Part shown: positions 1 through 9,799 of the stretch, in pieces
Numbering within the stretch: position 1 is the stretch's first letter
How the letters are laid out: each line of letters begins with the position of its first letter
Source of the DNA: Vibrio sp.
Lineage (GTDB): Bacteria; Pseudomonadota; Gammaproteobacteria; Enterobacterales; Vibrionaceae
Length of the DNA: 64,000 bases
Direction of reading: 5' to 3'
Assembly (NCBI GenBank): GCA_047975485.1
Contig: JBKEDP010000021.1
Location: 1,292-65,291 of the forward strand
Notes under the pieces: generated by a model
What the model was told of the DNA's origin: nothing
The model's input: the letters and a program-made list of their open reading frames with translations, nothing else
The model's database searches: none
Position numbers and translations under genes: made by a program

Positions 1-1802
1 GGTGCTCGGGTTGTGTAGTTATAACGGAAATTATTAGTCGTGGTTTGACGATAATAACCAAAGTCCGTTACTGCAGAAATCGAATCACCGTTGCTACCAA
101 ATGCAGTGACAACCACGTTGCCTTCTAGGGTTGAAGACACACGGAAGTGGAACAGGCCATTTTGGTCTAGTTGATAGTTAATTTCATTGCCTAAATCATT
201 AAATATGGCGGAAGTGGTGGTTGGGGCGGAAAGAACACCGCTTGCTCCAGCTGGACCTAAAATAACGCCACGGTTATATGGTTTCATTGGTGTGATATTT
301 AAATCAATCGGAGCGGCACCAGTGGTTAAGTAAAGAGTAAGAGAATCATTATTTCCCCCACCATCATCCACCATAGTAACAGTGGTAATGGGAGAGGTGC
401 TTTTTACGTCTGATATATAATCGACCTCGTAATAAGCACTGACTCGGCCATTTTCCCCAACCGAAGTCATAACACTGGCTGGGATATCAATATATACATG
501 TTTACTTGCTGCTTCTTGGGGAGTAACTATGTGATTTCCACTGGTATAACTGGCTGCGGTGACGGACTGGTTATTTGCATCTACCCCGTAAGTAAACACA
601 GTGATCACATCCCCCTCTTCTATATCTTCATAAGAAATAAATAGCTGGGTCGAACCGGCTTCCCGAACATCATCAATATCCAATTGACCATTTTCTGCAT
701 CCGTAAATACCGGTGGCTCTAGGTAGCTTACGTCTAGATCAATATTGGCGGAAGCGGTTGCAGAAATAGCGGTAATGCCATCAATATATTCAACGGTATA
801 AAAGCAATCGATACGGCCATTGTTCAGCAAAACAGCTTGTGATTCATCAATCTTAAAGGTGTAAGGATCGTCTGTGGTTAATAGCCCAACCAGACTTCCC
901 GCAACATTAGAATTCTCACTGCCATCCGGCTCATAACCTTGCCAATATAAGGTGACCTGTTGGCCGACTTGCATATCTGGCGAGTAATCAACGGTGACTA
1001 ATATTCCGTGATCTTCAATGCTGGCTTCTGGAATGATATTAAATTCGTTCACATCATCATAAACCGGTGGTGGTAATAGAACCGTTTCTTCGGCATCAAT
1101 TTCAACCACGGCTGCGGATGAAATATGCCCATTAACTTGGTACCAAGCGACACCAACACCAATTCCAACACTGAGGGCATCTTGCTGCGGAACGGTGATC
1201 TCAAAACCATTGAGTGTTTCTTCTTCCGTCACCGTATGTACTTCTGAATATTCTGCGGCCGGCTGGTAATTATGTGCACCTGTGATATAGGTGTAGCCAC
1301 GCCAAGTTACCGTCACCTGATCACCACTTGCTATGCTGGTATAAGTGGGAATATGAACATTAATACCCGAGTGCTCAACAATGTTGTCACCATCGATAAT
1401 ATTCTCAACAGCATTTGGATAGCTTGGTGCAGGTAAGTATAAGTAAGGCGGAACCGCATCACGTTGGATAAAAAGCAAAGATGGATCTGAGAATGAAGCA
1501 TTTTCACCAGCATCCACTACCCTGTAGTAACCAACATATATGCCATCAGGTAAGTCATAAGCCGGTATACTACCAATCCATGCTTGAACCAAATCGGAAT
1601 CGTCATCGATAAAATGATAAGCAATAGCTGTATTATCAATAAATAACGTCAGGCTATCTCCTAATTTAGTTGATGAACTTGGTTGTACAATATAACTCAC
1701 AATATTATCAGTAAGATCAGCATCATTAACCACCCCATCATCCATTTGAGGGAAGATGAGATCTGTTAAATCAGAGATGTTCAATTGATTTCTATTTTTC
1801 AT
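1..1802 (-). CDS. Partial (3' end off window) acidic protein with four ~115-aa Ig-like repeats followed by a domain paralogous to the 1940..2593 protein; no signal peptide
   Basis: Absent from the ORF track because it has no stop in the window. Manual translation from ATG at 1802: MKNRNQLNISDLTDLIFPQMDDGVVNDAD...; repeats begin LTDLIFP/LPAPSYP/LPPPVYD/LEPPVFT; ends ...PYNRGVILGPAG...FHFRVSST...YNYTTRAP at the window edge. Confidence 0.85.
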   Translation of the reverse strand, partial: MKNRNQLNISDLTDLIFPQMDDGVVNDADLTDNIVSYIVQPSSSTKLGDSLTLFIDNTAIAYHFIDDDSDLVQAWIGSIPAYDLPDGIYVGYYRVVDAGENASFSDPSLLFIQRDAVPPYLYLPAPSYPNAVENIIDGDNIVEHSGINVHIPTYTSIASGDQVTVTWRGYTYITGAHNYQPAAEYSEVHTVTEEETLNGFEITVPQQDALSVGIGVGVAWYQVNGHISSAAVVEIDAEETVLLPPPVYDDVNEFNIIPEASIEDHGILVTVDYSPDMQVGQQVTLYWQGYEPDGSENSNVAGSLVGLLTTDDPYTFKIDESQAVLLNNGRIDCFYTVEYIDGITAISATASANIDLDVSYLEPPVFTDAENGQLDIDDVREAGSTQLFISYEDIEEGDVITVFTYGVDANNQSVTAASYTSGNHIVTPQEAASKHVYIDIPASVMTSVGENGRVSAYYEVDYISDVKSTSPITTVTMVDDGGGNNDSLTLYLTTGAAPIDLNITPMKPYNRGVILGPAGASGVLSAPTTTSAIFNDLGNEINYQLDQNGLFHFRVSSTLEGNVVVTAFGSNGDSISAVTDFGYYRQTTTNNFRYNYTTRA

Positions 1803-1939
1803 AGATTTAATCTCATAAATGTAAATAAAATAATAGAAAAACAACCATAACTACTGAAATGATATTATTTTGCAAATGAATAATTATTAATTCATATGGT
1901 TATTTAATTTGTTAGTAAACGTTGATTTATAAATGATTT

Positions 1940-2593
1940 TTAATCTTCCTCCGGTAATTCAACAAACTCTATAGTATCAATGAGTACATGGGTGCCAGTG
2001 TTACCCGTTGGTGATAACAGTACACTAACTACTTCGGCGGTATCGCTGATAATATCAATATCGGCATCGCCATTCGGATCAAACGCAAAAAAACCTTCTT
2101 GAGTTAAAGAATTTACAAATTTTGCAGTGATTGAATTAACAATGCGCGCTTCGACGACATTAGAAGTGGTAGAGCCTCTATTGATATAAATAGAGCAAAC
2201 GGTATAGAGGTCGGCGGGTGCTCGCGTAGTGAAGTTATAAATAATGTTGTACATATCATCTTGCACAAAATGATTAAAGTAAGTAACACCGTTCACTGGT
2301 TCATGGGTTTGCGGAAATGCGGTCACCATGACTGAGCCCACCTTGGTCGAAGATATCGTAAAATGAAATTTACCCTCTTCATTTAAAAAGTAAGGAACCA
2401 AGGTACCGGAATCATTTATACTGGCTCCGCTATCGGTTTCGACCGTTAATTCACCACGAGATCCAGCAGGGCCGTAAACTACACCTCGGTTATATGGGTA
2501 CAAACCAGTTGAAGCATCAGTAATAGCAGCACCGCTACTTAATTGAAGATGAACTTCATCATAAGCAGGTGTTTCATTAGTTAAATTGTCCAT
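1940..2593 (-). CDS. Hypothetical beta-rich (Ig-like) protein, no signal peptide
   Basis: 217-aa ORF; shares PYNRGVxxGPAG, FHFxxSST and YNxTTRAP with the C-terminal region of the 1..1802 ORF. Confidence 0.8.
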   Translation of the reverse strand: MDNLTNETPAYDEVHLQLSSGAAITDASTGLYPYNRGVVYGPAGSRGELTVETDSGASINDSGTLVPYFLNEEGKFHFTISSTKVGSVMVTAFPQTHEPVNGVTYFNHFVQDDMYNIIYNFTTRAPADLYTVCSIYINRGSTTSNVVEARIVNSITAKFVNSLTQEGFFAFDPNGDADIDIISDTAEVVSVLLSPTGNTGTHVLIDTIEFVELPEED

Positions 2594-2625
2594 AAAGTTA
2601 CCTATTTACAAAAATAGACATCACA

Positions 2626-2651
2626 AAAGAAGGCAAGAAATGCCTTCTTTT
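2626..2651 (-). terminator. Probable intrinsic terminator/hairpin after the 2740..3882 gene
   Basis: AAAAGAAGGCA-agaaa-TGCCTTCTTTT inverted repeat with A/T tails. Confidence 0.6.
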
Positions 2652-2739
2652 AATTAACAAGCTTATTTAATCAAATTGATTGTTTAGTTAAATCAAACCA
2701 TTCACTTCAATTAAAATAGCTATTCATTTAAATTAAATG

Positions 2740-3882
2740 TTATTTTTTCGGTGGAACTATATCTAACACATACAATGTTTCAGAATTGGATGTCATATAC
2801 TGGGTTTCCCCTGTGGGATTACCATCAACATCTTCCAAAGCTACGGTTAAGTTATATGTTAGCCCGACACGTCCTTCACCTAAAATAGTAAAGGCGTCAA
2901 CAGGTATAAAGGTCGTCCCGTCACCAGGGCCAATATATGATTCACCTTCTCCTACGGAAGCAGCTGGTCCTATTGCACTCGCTAGATCATAAGTCGTTAC
3001 TTTACTTAAGGTAACTCCATCACGATTATAATAATGCATCTGGATTTCACCTTCTGTGGCTTGATATAAAGAACCATGCTGGCTAGATAATCCATTTAGT
3101 TGATCTACTGTTACTGGGATTACAAATTGCATACGTTTGTAATCAGCGGTATTAATCAACTGATCTTCTTGGTTAAGAAATGTAGCTGGTAATAGAATAG
3201 GTAAAGCTGTACTACTTTCATCATGCTCTACTATTAATAAAAACGGTTCAGAAAAATCTCCATTTCCCGCAGGATCAATAATTTCGTAACGCACCACATA
3301 AGTACCATTAGAAAGATTTTTCCCTATGGAATCAGGAACATTTACTACCACATAACCATTAATAACATCAGAACTATTAACGGTTTGTTCCAGTACTGAT
3401 GTGACGGGATTGTCTTCTTCTGGACGATAAGTCCAACAAACATTAACCACATCACCGGCAGATAAATCTGACTGTACAATATTAATTGTAATGCCGTTTT
3501 CTATATCTGCGTCATCAAGCTTACCATCAGCAGATTGCGGTATAACTGGTGATGCGAGAACTGCCGATTCCATCTGAATAGTAAAAACAGTGGATGCATC
3601 ACCATCAGCAGTAGGAGCTGTTAATGTAATATCGATGATTTCATCTTCAGCAGCTCCAGTAATTTTAACTTCAACTTCAGCAGATCCAGTTTCATCCGTT
3701 TTTAAGTCACTATTAACTAATTCTAAATTAGCACTACCAGTTGAGGTATAGGTACAGGTAATATCCACCTCCGGAACCGGTGAACTGCTATCATCAAGCA
3801 CTTGAATATTAAAAAACTTACTAACTTCTTCCCATTCTGGGGCCCAGTTAACACTATCAGTGCGAATATTTAAAGTCGCCAT
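2740..3882 (-). CDS. Ig-like domain protein (Big_1-like N-terminal domain plus an acidic Ig-like repeat), no signal peptide
   Basis: Start MATLNI preceded by GAGGAAA. VLDDSSSPVPEV...TDETGSAEVEV is a Big_1-like pattern. LASPVIPQSADGKLDDAD...GTYVVRYEIIDPAGN resembles the first repeat of the 1..1802 ORF. Confidence 0.8.
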   Translation of the reverse strand: MATLNIRTDSVNWAPEWEEVSKFFNIQVLDDSSSPVPEVDITCTYTSTGSANLELVNSDLKTDETGSAEVEVKITGAAEDEIIDITLTAPTADGDASTVFTIQMESAVLASPVIPQSADGKLDDADIENGITINIVQSDLSAGDVVNVCWTYRPEEDNPVTSVLEQTVNSSDVINGYVVVNVPDSIGKNLSNGTYVVRYEIIDPAGNGDFSEPFLLIVEHDESSTALPILLPATFLNQEDQLINTADYKRMQFVIPVTVDQLNGLSSQHGSLYQATEGEIQMHYYNRDGVTLSKVTTYDLASAIGPAASVGEGESYIGPGDGTTFIPVDAFTILGEGRVGLTYNLTVALEDVDGNPTGETQYMTSNSETLYVLDIVPPKK

Positions 3883-3920
3883 AATTATTTCCTCAAAATT
3901 AATTGAATAATTCAAAGTGA

Positions 3921-4190
3921 TTCTGGCATATATATAAACATGTCAATAAAGGTCATTTTTGGCTATATATAAACATGTCAATAAAGGTCATTTTGGCCAT
4001 ATATATACATGTTAATAAAGGCCATTTTGGCTATATGTAAACATGTCAATAAAGACCATTCTTGGCTATATACAAACATGTCAACAAAGACCATTCTTGG
4101 CTATATATAAACATGTCAATAAAGACCATTTTTGGCTATATACAAATATGTCAACAAAGACCATTCTTGGCTATATGAAAATATGTCAGA
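3921..4190. repeat. Tandem array of ~7.6 copies of a 34-36 bp unit (TGGCTATATATAAACATGTCAATAAAGRYCATTYT)
   Basis: Units start at 3924, 3960, 3994, 4028, 4063, 4098, 4133 and 4168; no unique spacers. Confidence 0.95.
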
Positions 4191-4367
4191 AACGATCCTT
4201 CCCAAATCCATTTGATGTGGTACTACAAGGAAGAATTTAAATATAGACCTATTTTAGAATTATGTTTGCGAGTGACTTCAATTTATTTCAATCTTTACAT
4301 TGAAACAATTTGAAATAAATTGATACAATTAGAAAAAGACAAACAAAAACAAATAGTAGAATGAAAA

Positions 4368-4398
4368 CAAAAAAGGCATCGAAATTATCAATGCCTTT
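4368..4398 (-). terminator. Intrinsic terminator of the lipoprotein gene
   Basis: AAAGGCAT...ATGCCTTT hairpin with an A-run (U-tail on the minus strand) ~50 bp past the stop codon. Confidence 0.6.
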
Positions 4399-4448
4399 AA
4401 AAACAGTTACTTTTATTTTTTGTGATTATATGTGAATTATTTCCAGAT

Positions 4449-7400
4449 CTACCAACTAAAGTGACATATTATAGGGTAACTTGTTCCAGAACTAACATAA
4501 CCTTGCATATCAGTTACATCCGCATAGGTATTTTTGGAACCTTGAGAATCACCATACCAATTTTGGCTAACTGAATAGAATTGATCCCATCCATATGTAG
4601 TTAAGTCCCCCCATTGTGACCATAAATGCTTATTGTCTATTGCTACTTGGCGTAGATTTCCTCTATTTGATTGAGGGGTTCCTGCTGATAGAGTTCCAAC
4701 GTCATTGTATGTTGCCCAAACACCAGTCGAGCCATTCCCAAGATCTAAATTATGACAATAAGCTAAACTATCTGCGTCCGATGTATCGAGGTAATCATCT
4801 GCTGGTACAGGGATATACCATGAAGATAACTCATTGTTATAGGTTGCTGTTTTAGAGGTATCAGCACTGTTCTTCACCGTTATGGTGATGATAGTATCTT
4901 TTGCTTGCGGCGCTTTTAACCAAGTAGCATTACCTTCTTGATCAACTTGTAATGTGTTTGGATCGCTTGAGCTCCACTCCCAATCAGCGGCATCTGGGTT
5001 AGCTAATTGCAACTGGAAGTTTGCACCATCAAATGCGGAAGTAAAGAAACCTAAACCAATTTCTTCATCAATACGCTGAATAAGGTGGTTTACTTTTACA
5101 TTCAATAAATAAGGTGCAGGGTTTGGAACAACGTCTACTACAGCATCTGCAGTTTGGTTTCCATAAGCAGTTGAATTATAAACAGCTGTAATAGTTGCGG
5201 TACCATCTGTAACACCTGTCACAATACCTTTTACAATACCAGTACCTTGTACGGTTGCGACATCCGTATTCGCACTTGACCAACTTGTATTAGGATCATT
5301 GGTCACATCTTCATAAGTACCATCATCAAAACCAAGACGAGCAGAAAGTTGAATGTCCTTTCTTATCGCTGTTTCTGAATGTTCTGGCACTACTTTAAAT
5401 GAGGTTACACTACCTTCTGTATCCACTACAGTAACGTTAGCTGTTGCTCTGAAATCCACGCCATTTGATGTACCAGATGCGATTACATCGACTACACCCG
5501 CTTTGACAGCAGTTGCTCGGCCAGCAATATTTTCCGCTTTAGCATTAGTCACATTACTAATGGTTAATACATCAGGATCTGTTGAAGTCCAGTTAAGTGC
5601 TGATTGATCCGTCACATCCACATATTCGCCGTTAGAAAATTTTAACATTGCGGTAAATGCTTTTGTGCTATCAACCACTAATCGTGATTGTTGTGGTGAA
5701 ATGACCAAATCTTCCGGCAACGCATCACTAACCTCTAGCTGCGCTGTACCTGACTGACCATCTAAAGTCGCGGTAATCGTAGTTTCACCAACATTTTTCG
5801 TTGTTGCTAAACCTTGGGTCACTCCAGCCGCTTCGTTGTCTACATTGCTGATTGTTGCTGCATCTTCGTTACTTGAAGACCAGGTAACGTCAGTGGTGAC
5901 ATCCGATTCCACGCCATCGGTGTACACGGCTTTAGCAGTATATTGCTGAGTAAAGCCAGCGTTGACTGTTTGATCTTGTGGGGTAACAACAATTTCTTTA
6001 ATCTCTGCATCCGTTACGGTTACGGTTGTTGAATCAGTAACCAGAGTTCCGTCAATTGTACCACTCGCCGTAATGTTTGCTGTGCCGACTGCTTCTGCTT
6101 TTGCTAAACCTTTGTTATCGGTTGAGTCGATAGTGACCACACTCGTTGTATCACTGTTCCAACTTATAGCAGGATCAGTGGTAACATCTTCAAGGGTACC
6201 ATCCGACATCTTCGCTTCAGCTTTAAACTGACCAGTTGTTCCTTTTGGCACGATTTGATCTCTAGGGGTAACTTGTAAGCCAATAACAATGGCATCCGTC
6301 ACGGTAAAGGTTGCGGTTGCTTCCTTGTCTACATCGCCTAAGCTGCCTTTTGCTGTGATGGTCACGGTGCCAGTTTTAAGACCTGTAGCTGTACCTTTAG
6401 TGTCGCCTGAAGAGCTAATGGTTGCAGTTTCAGGGTCACTACTTGTCCAGCTTAATGCAGGGTTATCAGTCACAATGTGGCTAGAATCATCAGACATGAT
6501 CGCAGTTGCAATAAAGGCTTGATCTATCCCAACGGCTTGTGAAATTTCTGCTGGTTCAATTTGAAGATCTTTTAAAATCGCATCAGTAACAGTTAGTGTG
6601 GCTTCTGCGCTGATTGGGGTGCCATTGACTTCGCCGGAAGCAATAATCTGAGTTGAACCAACTTCAAGGCCAGTAGCAACACCATCAGTATCAATAGAAG
6701 CTATGGTTTTATCTTCTACTGTCCAGCTTAATGCTTCTTTGTTAGTTACATCTTGTGAAGTGCCATCACTTAGTGTCGCTTGAGCAACAAAAGCTTGGGT
6801 TAAACCCTTAGCAATTTCTGGTGTTGGCGGAGTGACATTTAAACCGGTAATAACCGCATCGGTCACGGTAATGGTTGCTGTGGCTGTGATATCTGTACCA
6901 TTAGAAAACGTGATGGTTACTGGTTGGTCACTTGCTTTTACACCCGCAGCTTCACCCGTTTCGCTAATGGTTGCGATACCAGAATCAGCCTCAGCAATCG
7001 TCCAATCAAATGATGAGCTTGTTGTAACATCTCCGGTTGAGCCATCTGAATACGTGGCAGTAGCGGTATATTGTTGCGTTAAACCAGCTGGAACATCTGC
7101 ATTTGTTGGCGTAACGCTCACTGAAGTAATAACTGCATCAGTAACGGTTAGGGTTACGGTTTCATCAAAATTTTGACCATCTGCAGTACCTTTAGCCCGA
7201 ATGGTAACGTCGCCAGGAGCGATACCCGTTGCAATACCTGTTTTAGGATCAATGGTTGCAATGTCGGTGTTATCACTTGACCAGTTTAATGCCGGATCTG
7301 TAGTGACATCTTGGGTGGTTTTGTCTGAGAAGGTCACCGTTGCTGTATATTGTTGCTCCTTACCTGCAGAAACCGTTGCCGTTGCCGGTGTGATTTCTAG

Positions 7401-8384
7401 ACTTTGCACAACCGCAGCGGTTACTGTTAGTGGCACTTCATCTGAGAATGTTTTGCCGTCTACTGTTCCTTCAACATGAACCTTCACTTCCCCTTGTGCA
7501 ACACCAGTAACAAGGCCATTAGCATCAACGGCTGCGATCTCTTCGTTTGATGTTGTCCAAGTGAGTTTTGAGTCAATCTCTTTGTTGTTGATGTTATCCA
7601 TGGTTGAACCATCAGAAAACTCCACTGTAGCGGTATATTGCTTAGATAGACCACTTGCTACCGTGCCAACTTTTGGCGTTAGAATAACATCAGTTACCAC
7701 TGCATCTGTGATGGTCAGTTGAGCTGAATTGCTAAAATCAATGCCGTTTGCTCTGCCGGAAGCGGTAATCGTCACTTCACCTTGTGACAAGCTAGTCAAA
7801 TGTCCGTGTTCGTCAATAGAAGCAATTGTTGGGTCGCTAATTGTCCAAGTCACAGCTGGGTTTTCAGTGACATCATAAGAGTGGTGATCACTCATAAAGG
7901 CGGTAGCTGTATATTGCTCATCGGTTCCCAGTGGGATTTTATCAACCGCAGGCGTCACTTGTAGATCTTCCACTACTGCTTTGGTGACGGTTAGAGTTGC
8001 TGTGTCTGTGATGGACTTGCCATCTTTATTATAACTACCCGTTACGGTGACCTCGCCCGCTTTTAAACCGGTCGCAACACCTTTGGCATCAATGGTGGCG
8101 ATCGATGCATCGCTGGTACTCCAAACAACGGAAGGTTTAGAGTTCACGCCATCGGTCACTAAAGTAGCATCAAATTGCGCCGTTAAACCAATAGCCGTAG
8201 TTGCTATTTTTGGTGTTACGGATAATGTGATTTTAGGTTGTACTGGATCTGGCGTTGGATCATCAGGGCCTGAAAGTGATCCTGAATCACCATTACCACC
8301 ACCGCCGCCACAAGCAGCAAGTATTCCGCTTAGTACAATCAAGCTGATTGATTTAAATATATTCCTTTTCATATCCCTACTCAT
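4449..8384 (-). CDS. Large Ig-like (Big_2) repeat lipoprotein with a C-terminal invasin/intimin-like D4 plus C-type-lectin-like head (putative adhesin)
   Basis: Lipobox ILAAC-GGGGG; 11 ~90-aa repeats (L.VTP....G...Q(Y/F)TATA...DVT....WSSS...ATI); C-terminal GFFTSAFDGANFQL...WEWSSS and LWSQWGDLTTYGW...ICH. Confidence 0.85.
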   Translation of the reverse strand: MSRDMKRNIFKSISLIVLSGILAACGGGGGNGDSGSLSGPDDPTPDPVQPKITLSVTPKIATTAIGLTAQFDATLVTDGVNSKPSVVWSTSDASIATIDAKGVATGLKAGEVTVTGSYNKDGKSITDTATLTVTKAVVEDLQVTPAVDKIPLGTDEQYTATAFMSDHHSYDVTENPAVTWTISDPTIASIDEHGHLTSLSQGEVTITASGRANGIDFSNSAQLTITDAVVTDVILTPKVGTVASGLSKQYTATVEFSDGSTMDNINNKEIDSKLTWTTSNEEIAAVDANGLVTGVAQGEVKVHVEGTVDGKTFSDEVPLTVTAAVVQSLEITPATATVSAGKEQQYTATVTFSDKTTQDVTTDPALNWSSDNTDIATIDPKTGIATGIAPGDVTIRAKGTADGQNFDETVTLTVTDAVITSVSVTPTNADVPAGLTQQYTATATYSDGSTGDVTTSSSFDWTIAEADSGIATISETGEAAGVKASDQPVTITFSNGTDITATATITVTDAVITGLNVTPPTPEIAKGLTQAFVAQATLSDGTSQDVTNKEALSWTVEDKTIASIDTDGVATGLEVGSTQIIASGEVNGTPISAEATLTVTDAILKDLQIEPAEISQAVGIDQAFIATAIMSDDSSHIVTDNPALSWTSSDPETATISSSGDTKGTATGLKTGTVTITAKGSLGDVDKEATATFTVTDAIVIGLQVTPRDQIVPKGTTGQFKAEAKMSDGTLEDVTTDPAISWNSDTTSVVTIDSTDNKGLAKAEAVGTANITASGTIDGTLVTDSTTVTVTDAEIKEIVVTPQDQTVNAGFTQQYTAKAVYTDGVESDVTTDVTWSSSNEDAATISNVDNEAAGVTQGLATTKNVGETTITATLDGQSGTAQLEVSDALPEDLVISPQQSRLVVDSTKAFTAMLKFSNGEYVDVTDQSALNWTSTDPDVLTISNVTNAKAENIAGRATAVKAGVVDVIASGTSNGVDFRATANVTVVDTEGSVTSFKVVPEHSETAIRKDIQLSARLGFDDGTYEDVTNDPNTSWSSANTDVATVQGTGIVKGIVTGVTDGTATITAVYNSTAYGNQTADAVVDVVPNPAPYLLNVKVNHLIQRIDEEIGLGFFTSAFDGANFQLQLANPDAADWEWSSSDPNTLQVDQEGNATWLKAPQAKDTIITITVKNSADTSKTATYNNELSSWYIPVPADDYLDTSDADSLAYCHNLDLGNGSTGVWATYNDVGTLSAGTPQSNRGNLRQVAIDNKHLWSQWGDLTTYGWDQFYSVSQNWYGDSQGSKNTYADVTDMQGYVSSGTSYPIICHFSW

Positions 8385-9514
8385 TCATTCTCGTTAATAT
8401 CGGTGAATTGAATTTCAACTCTGCGATTTTTCGCTCGACCTTCTGCGGTACTGTTATCCGCAATAGGTTCAAGCTCTCCTTTACCCTCAGAACGTATTTG
8501 TGAGTCTCCAATCCCTTGCGTTTGTAAATAATCGCTAACGGATTGAGCACGTTTTTCTGAAAGCTTTTGGTTGTATTCTTCACTGCCGGTGCTGTCGGTA
8601 TGACCGATGACCAATACGTCTTCAGGCTGTGCTTGTAGATCTTCTGCAATGCCATTTAATGGTGTTGGATCGGCGATTTCAGATGAATCCGTGCTGAAGA
8701 AAAGATCGGAATCGACATAGAGGATTCGATCTGGTTCAGGTGCGGCTGCAGGTACAACTTGAGGGGCTGGTTGCCCAAAGTGATAGGTAATGCCGATGGA
8801 GGTAAGGTGCGAGTCTGCTTTTGCAACAGTGCTAGAACCAATGCCATCGATAAATTGATATTCGGCACGAATTGACCAATTGCGAGCGAAAGCATAATCA
8901 ACGCCGACCGCTCCCACTGGACGCCAGTAATGGTCACTATTATTACCGTCCCAATCAGATTCTTTTTTCATGTGCCCGTAAGCACCACCAAGACGTATAA
9001 ACGGTGAAACATTGTTTATGACTTCGTAGCTAAATAAACCGGAGATTTGGAAATCAAGGATGCGATTACTAACGTTACCTGCATCATATTGAGCATCAGG
9101 TTCGCCATAATCGTTAAATGCGGTTTCTACTGAGAACCACGGCAACAACTTGTAGCCAGCATATAATCCATAGGCAAATGAACTATCGTCACAATCATTT
9201 GAGCTTGAATCACAAGCATCATTTAATTTCGACCAACCGGCTTTTGCACCAATATAAAAATGCGGATTTTGTTGATAATCGAAAGTTTCAGCAGTATCTG
9301 AAGTATTTTCTTCATCTACATAATTTTCATCAATCGAAGCTAGCGTTTCAATAAATGCATTATCATCGTCTAATTGCGATGTTTCGTTTGTTTGTGCTAT
9401 TTCATTTGATTGAACGTTTGTTGGTTCTAAATGCTCATCACTAGCATGAGCATACGACCAAGGGATTGCTATCAATATGCATTGAGCAATCAGGGTATAT
9501 TTGAATTTTTTCAT
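8381..9514 (-). CDS. OmpA-family outer membrane protein (beta-barrel plus peptidoglycan-binding domain)
   Basis: Signal peptide (AHA), FYIGAKAGWS...GITYHFG barrel, GHTDSTGSEEYNQKLSEKRAQSV...NRRVEI OmpA C-terminal motif; stop overlaps the next start (ATGA). Confidence 0.92.
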   Translation of the reverse strand: MKKFKYTLIAQCILIAIPWSYAHASDEHLEPTNVQSNEIAQTNETSQLDDDNAFIETLASIDENYVDEENTSDTAETFDYQQNPHFYIGAKAGWSKLNDACDSSSNDCDDSSFAYGLYAGYKLLPWFSVETAFNDYGEPDAQYDAGNVSNRILDFQISGLFSYEVINNVSPFIRLGGAYGHMKKESDWDGNNSDHYWRPVGAVGVDYAFARNWSIRAEYQFIDGIGSSTVAKADSHLTSIGITYHFGQPAPQVVPAAAPEPDRILYVDSDLFFSTDSSEIADPTPLNGIAEDLQAQPEDVLVIGHTDSTGSEEYNQKLSEKRAQSVSDYLQTQGIGDSQIRSEGKGELEPIADNSTAEGRAKNRRVEIQFTDINENE

Positions 9515-9799
9515 TTTCTTTACACCTAAAAATTAAAATAACTTTAATTTATTCCCTGTAATAAGACGTAAAAATCCCTCCAAAAAAATTGGATAATTAA
9601 TACATTTTTATATCTAGAATTTAACTAAAAAAGAATAGGGTTATTTGTGTTAACCTCCATTTATACAAATTAAATAAATAAAAACCTGCAGCAATACGAT
9701 TAAAAAAATCAAAGATATTAGATTCACTTCAAGTACAACTTCCTTATAAACAACAAAAATCAACAGACAAAAACTTAGAATGTGAATCACTGAAACAAT

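Noticed and set aside
3921..4190. CRISPR array interpretation of the 35-bp repeats
   Set aside because: Units are contiguous with no unique spacers, and there are no cas genes in the window
4043..4240. 65-aa ORF on the + strand
   Set aside because: It is only a translation of the tandem array, whose period is not a multiple of 3; no RBS seen
4616..8397. Several + strand ORFs inside the lipoprotein gene, and similar antisense or off-frame ORFs throughout the window
   Set aside because: Shadow ORFs of well-supported genes, with no motifs of their own
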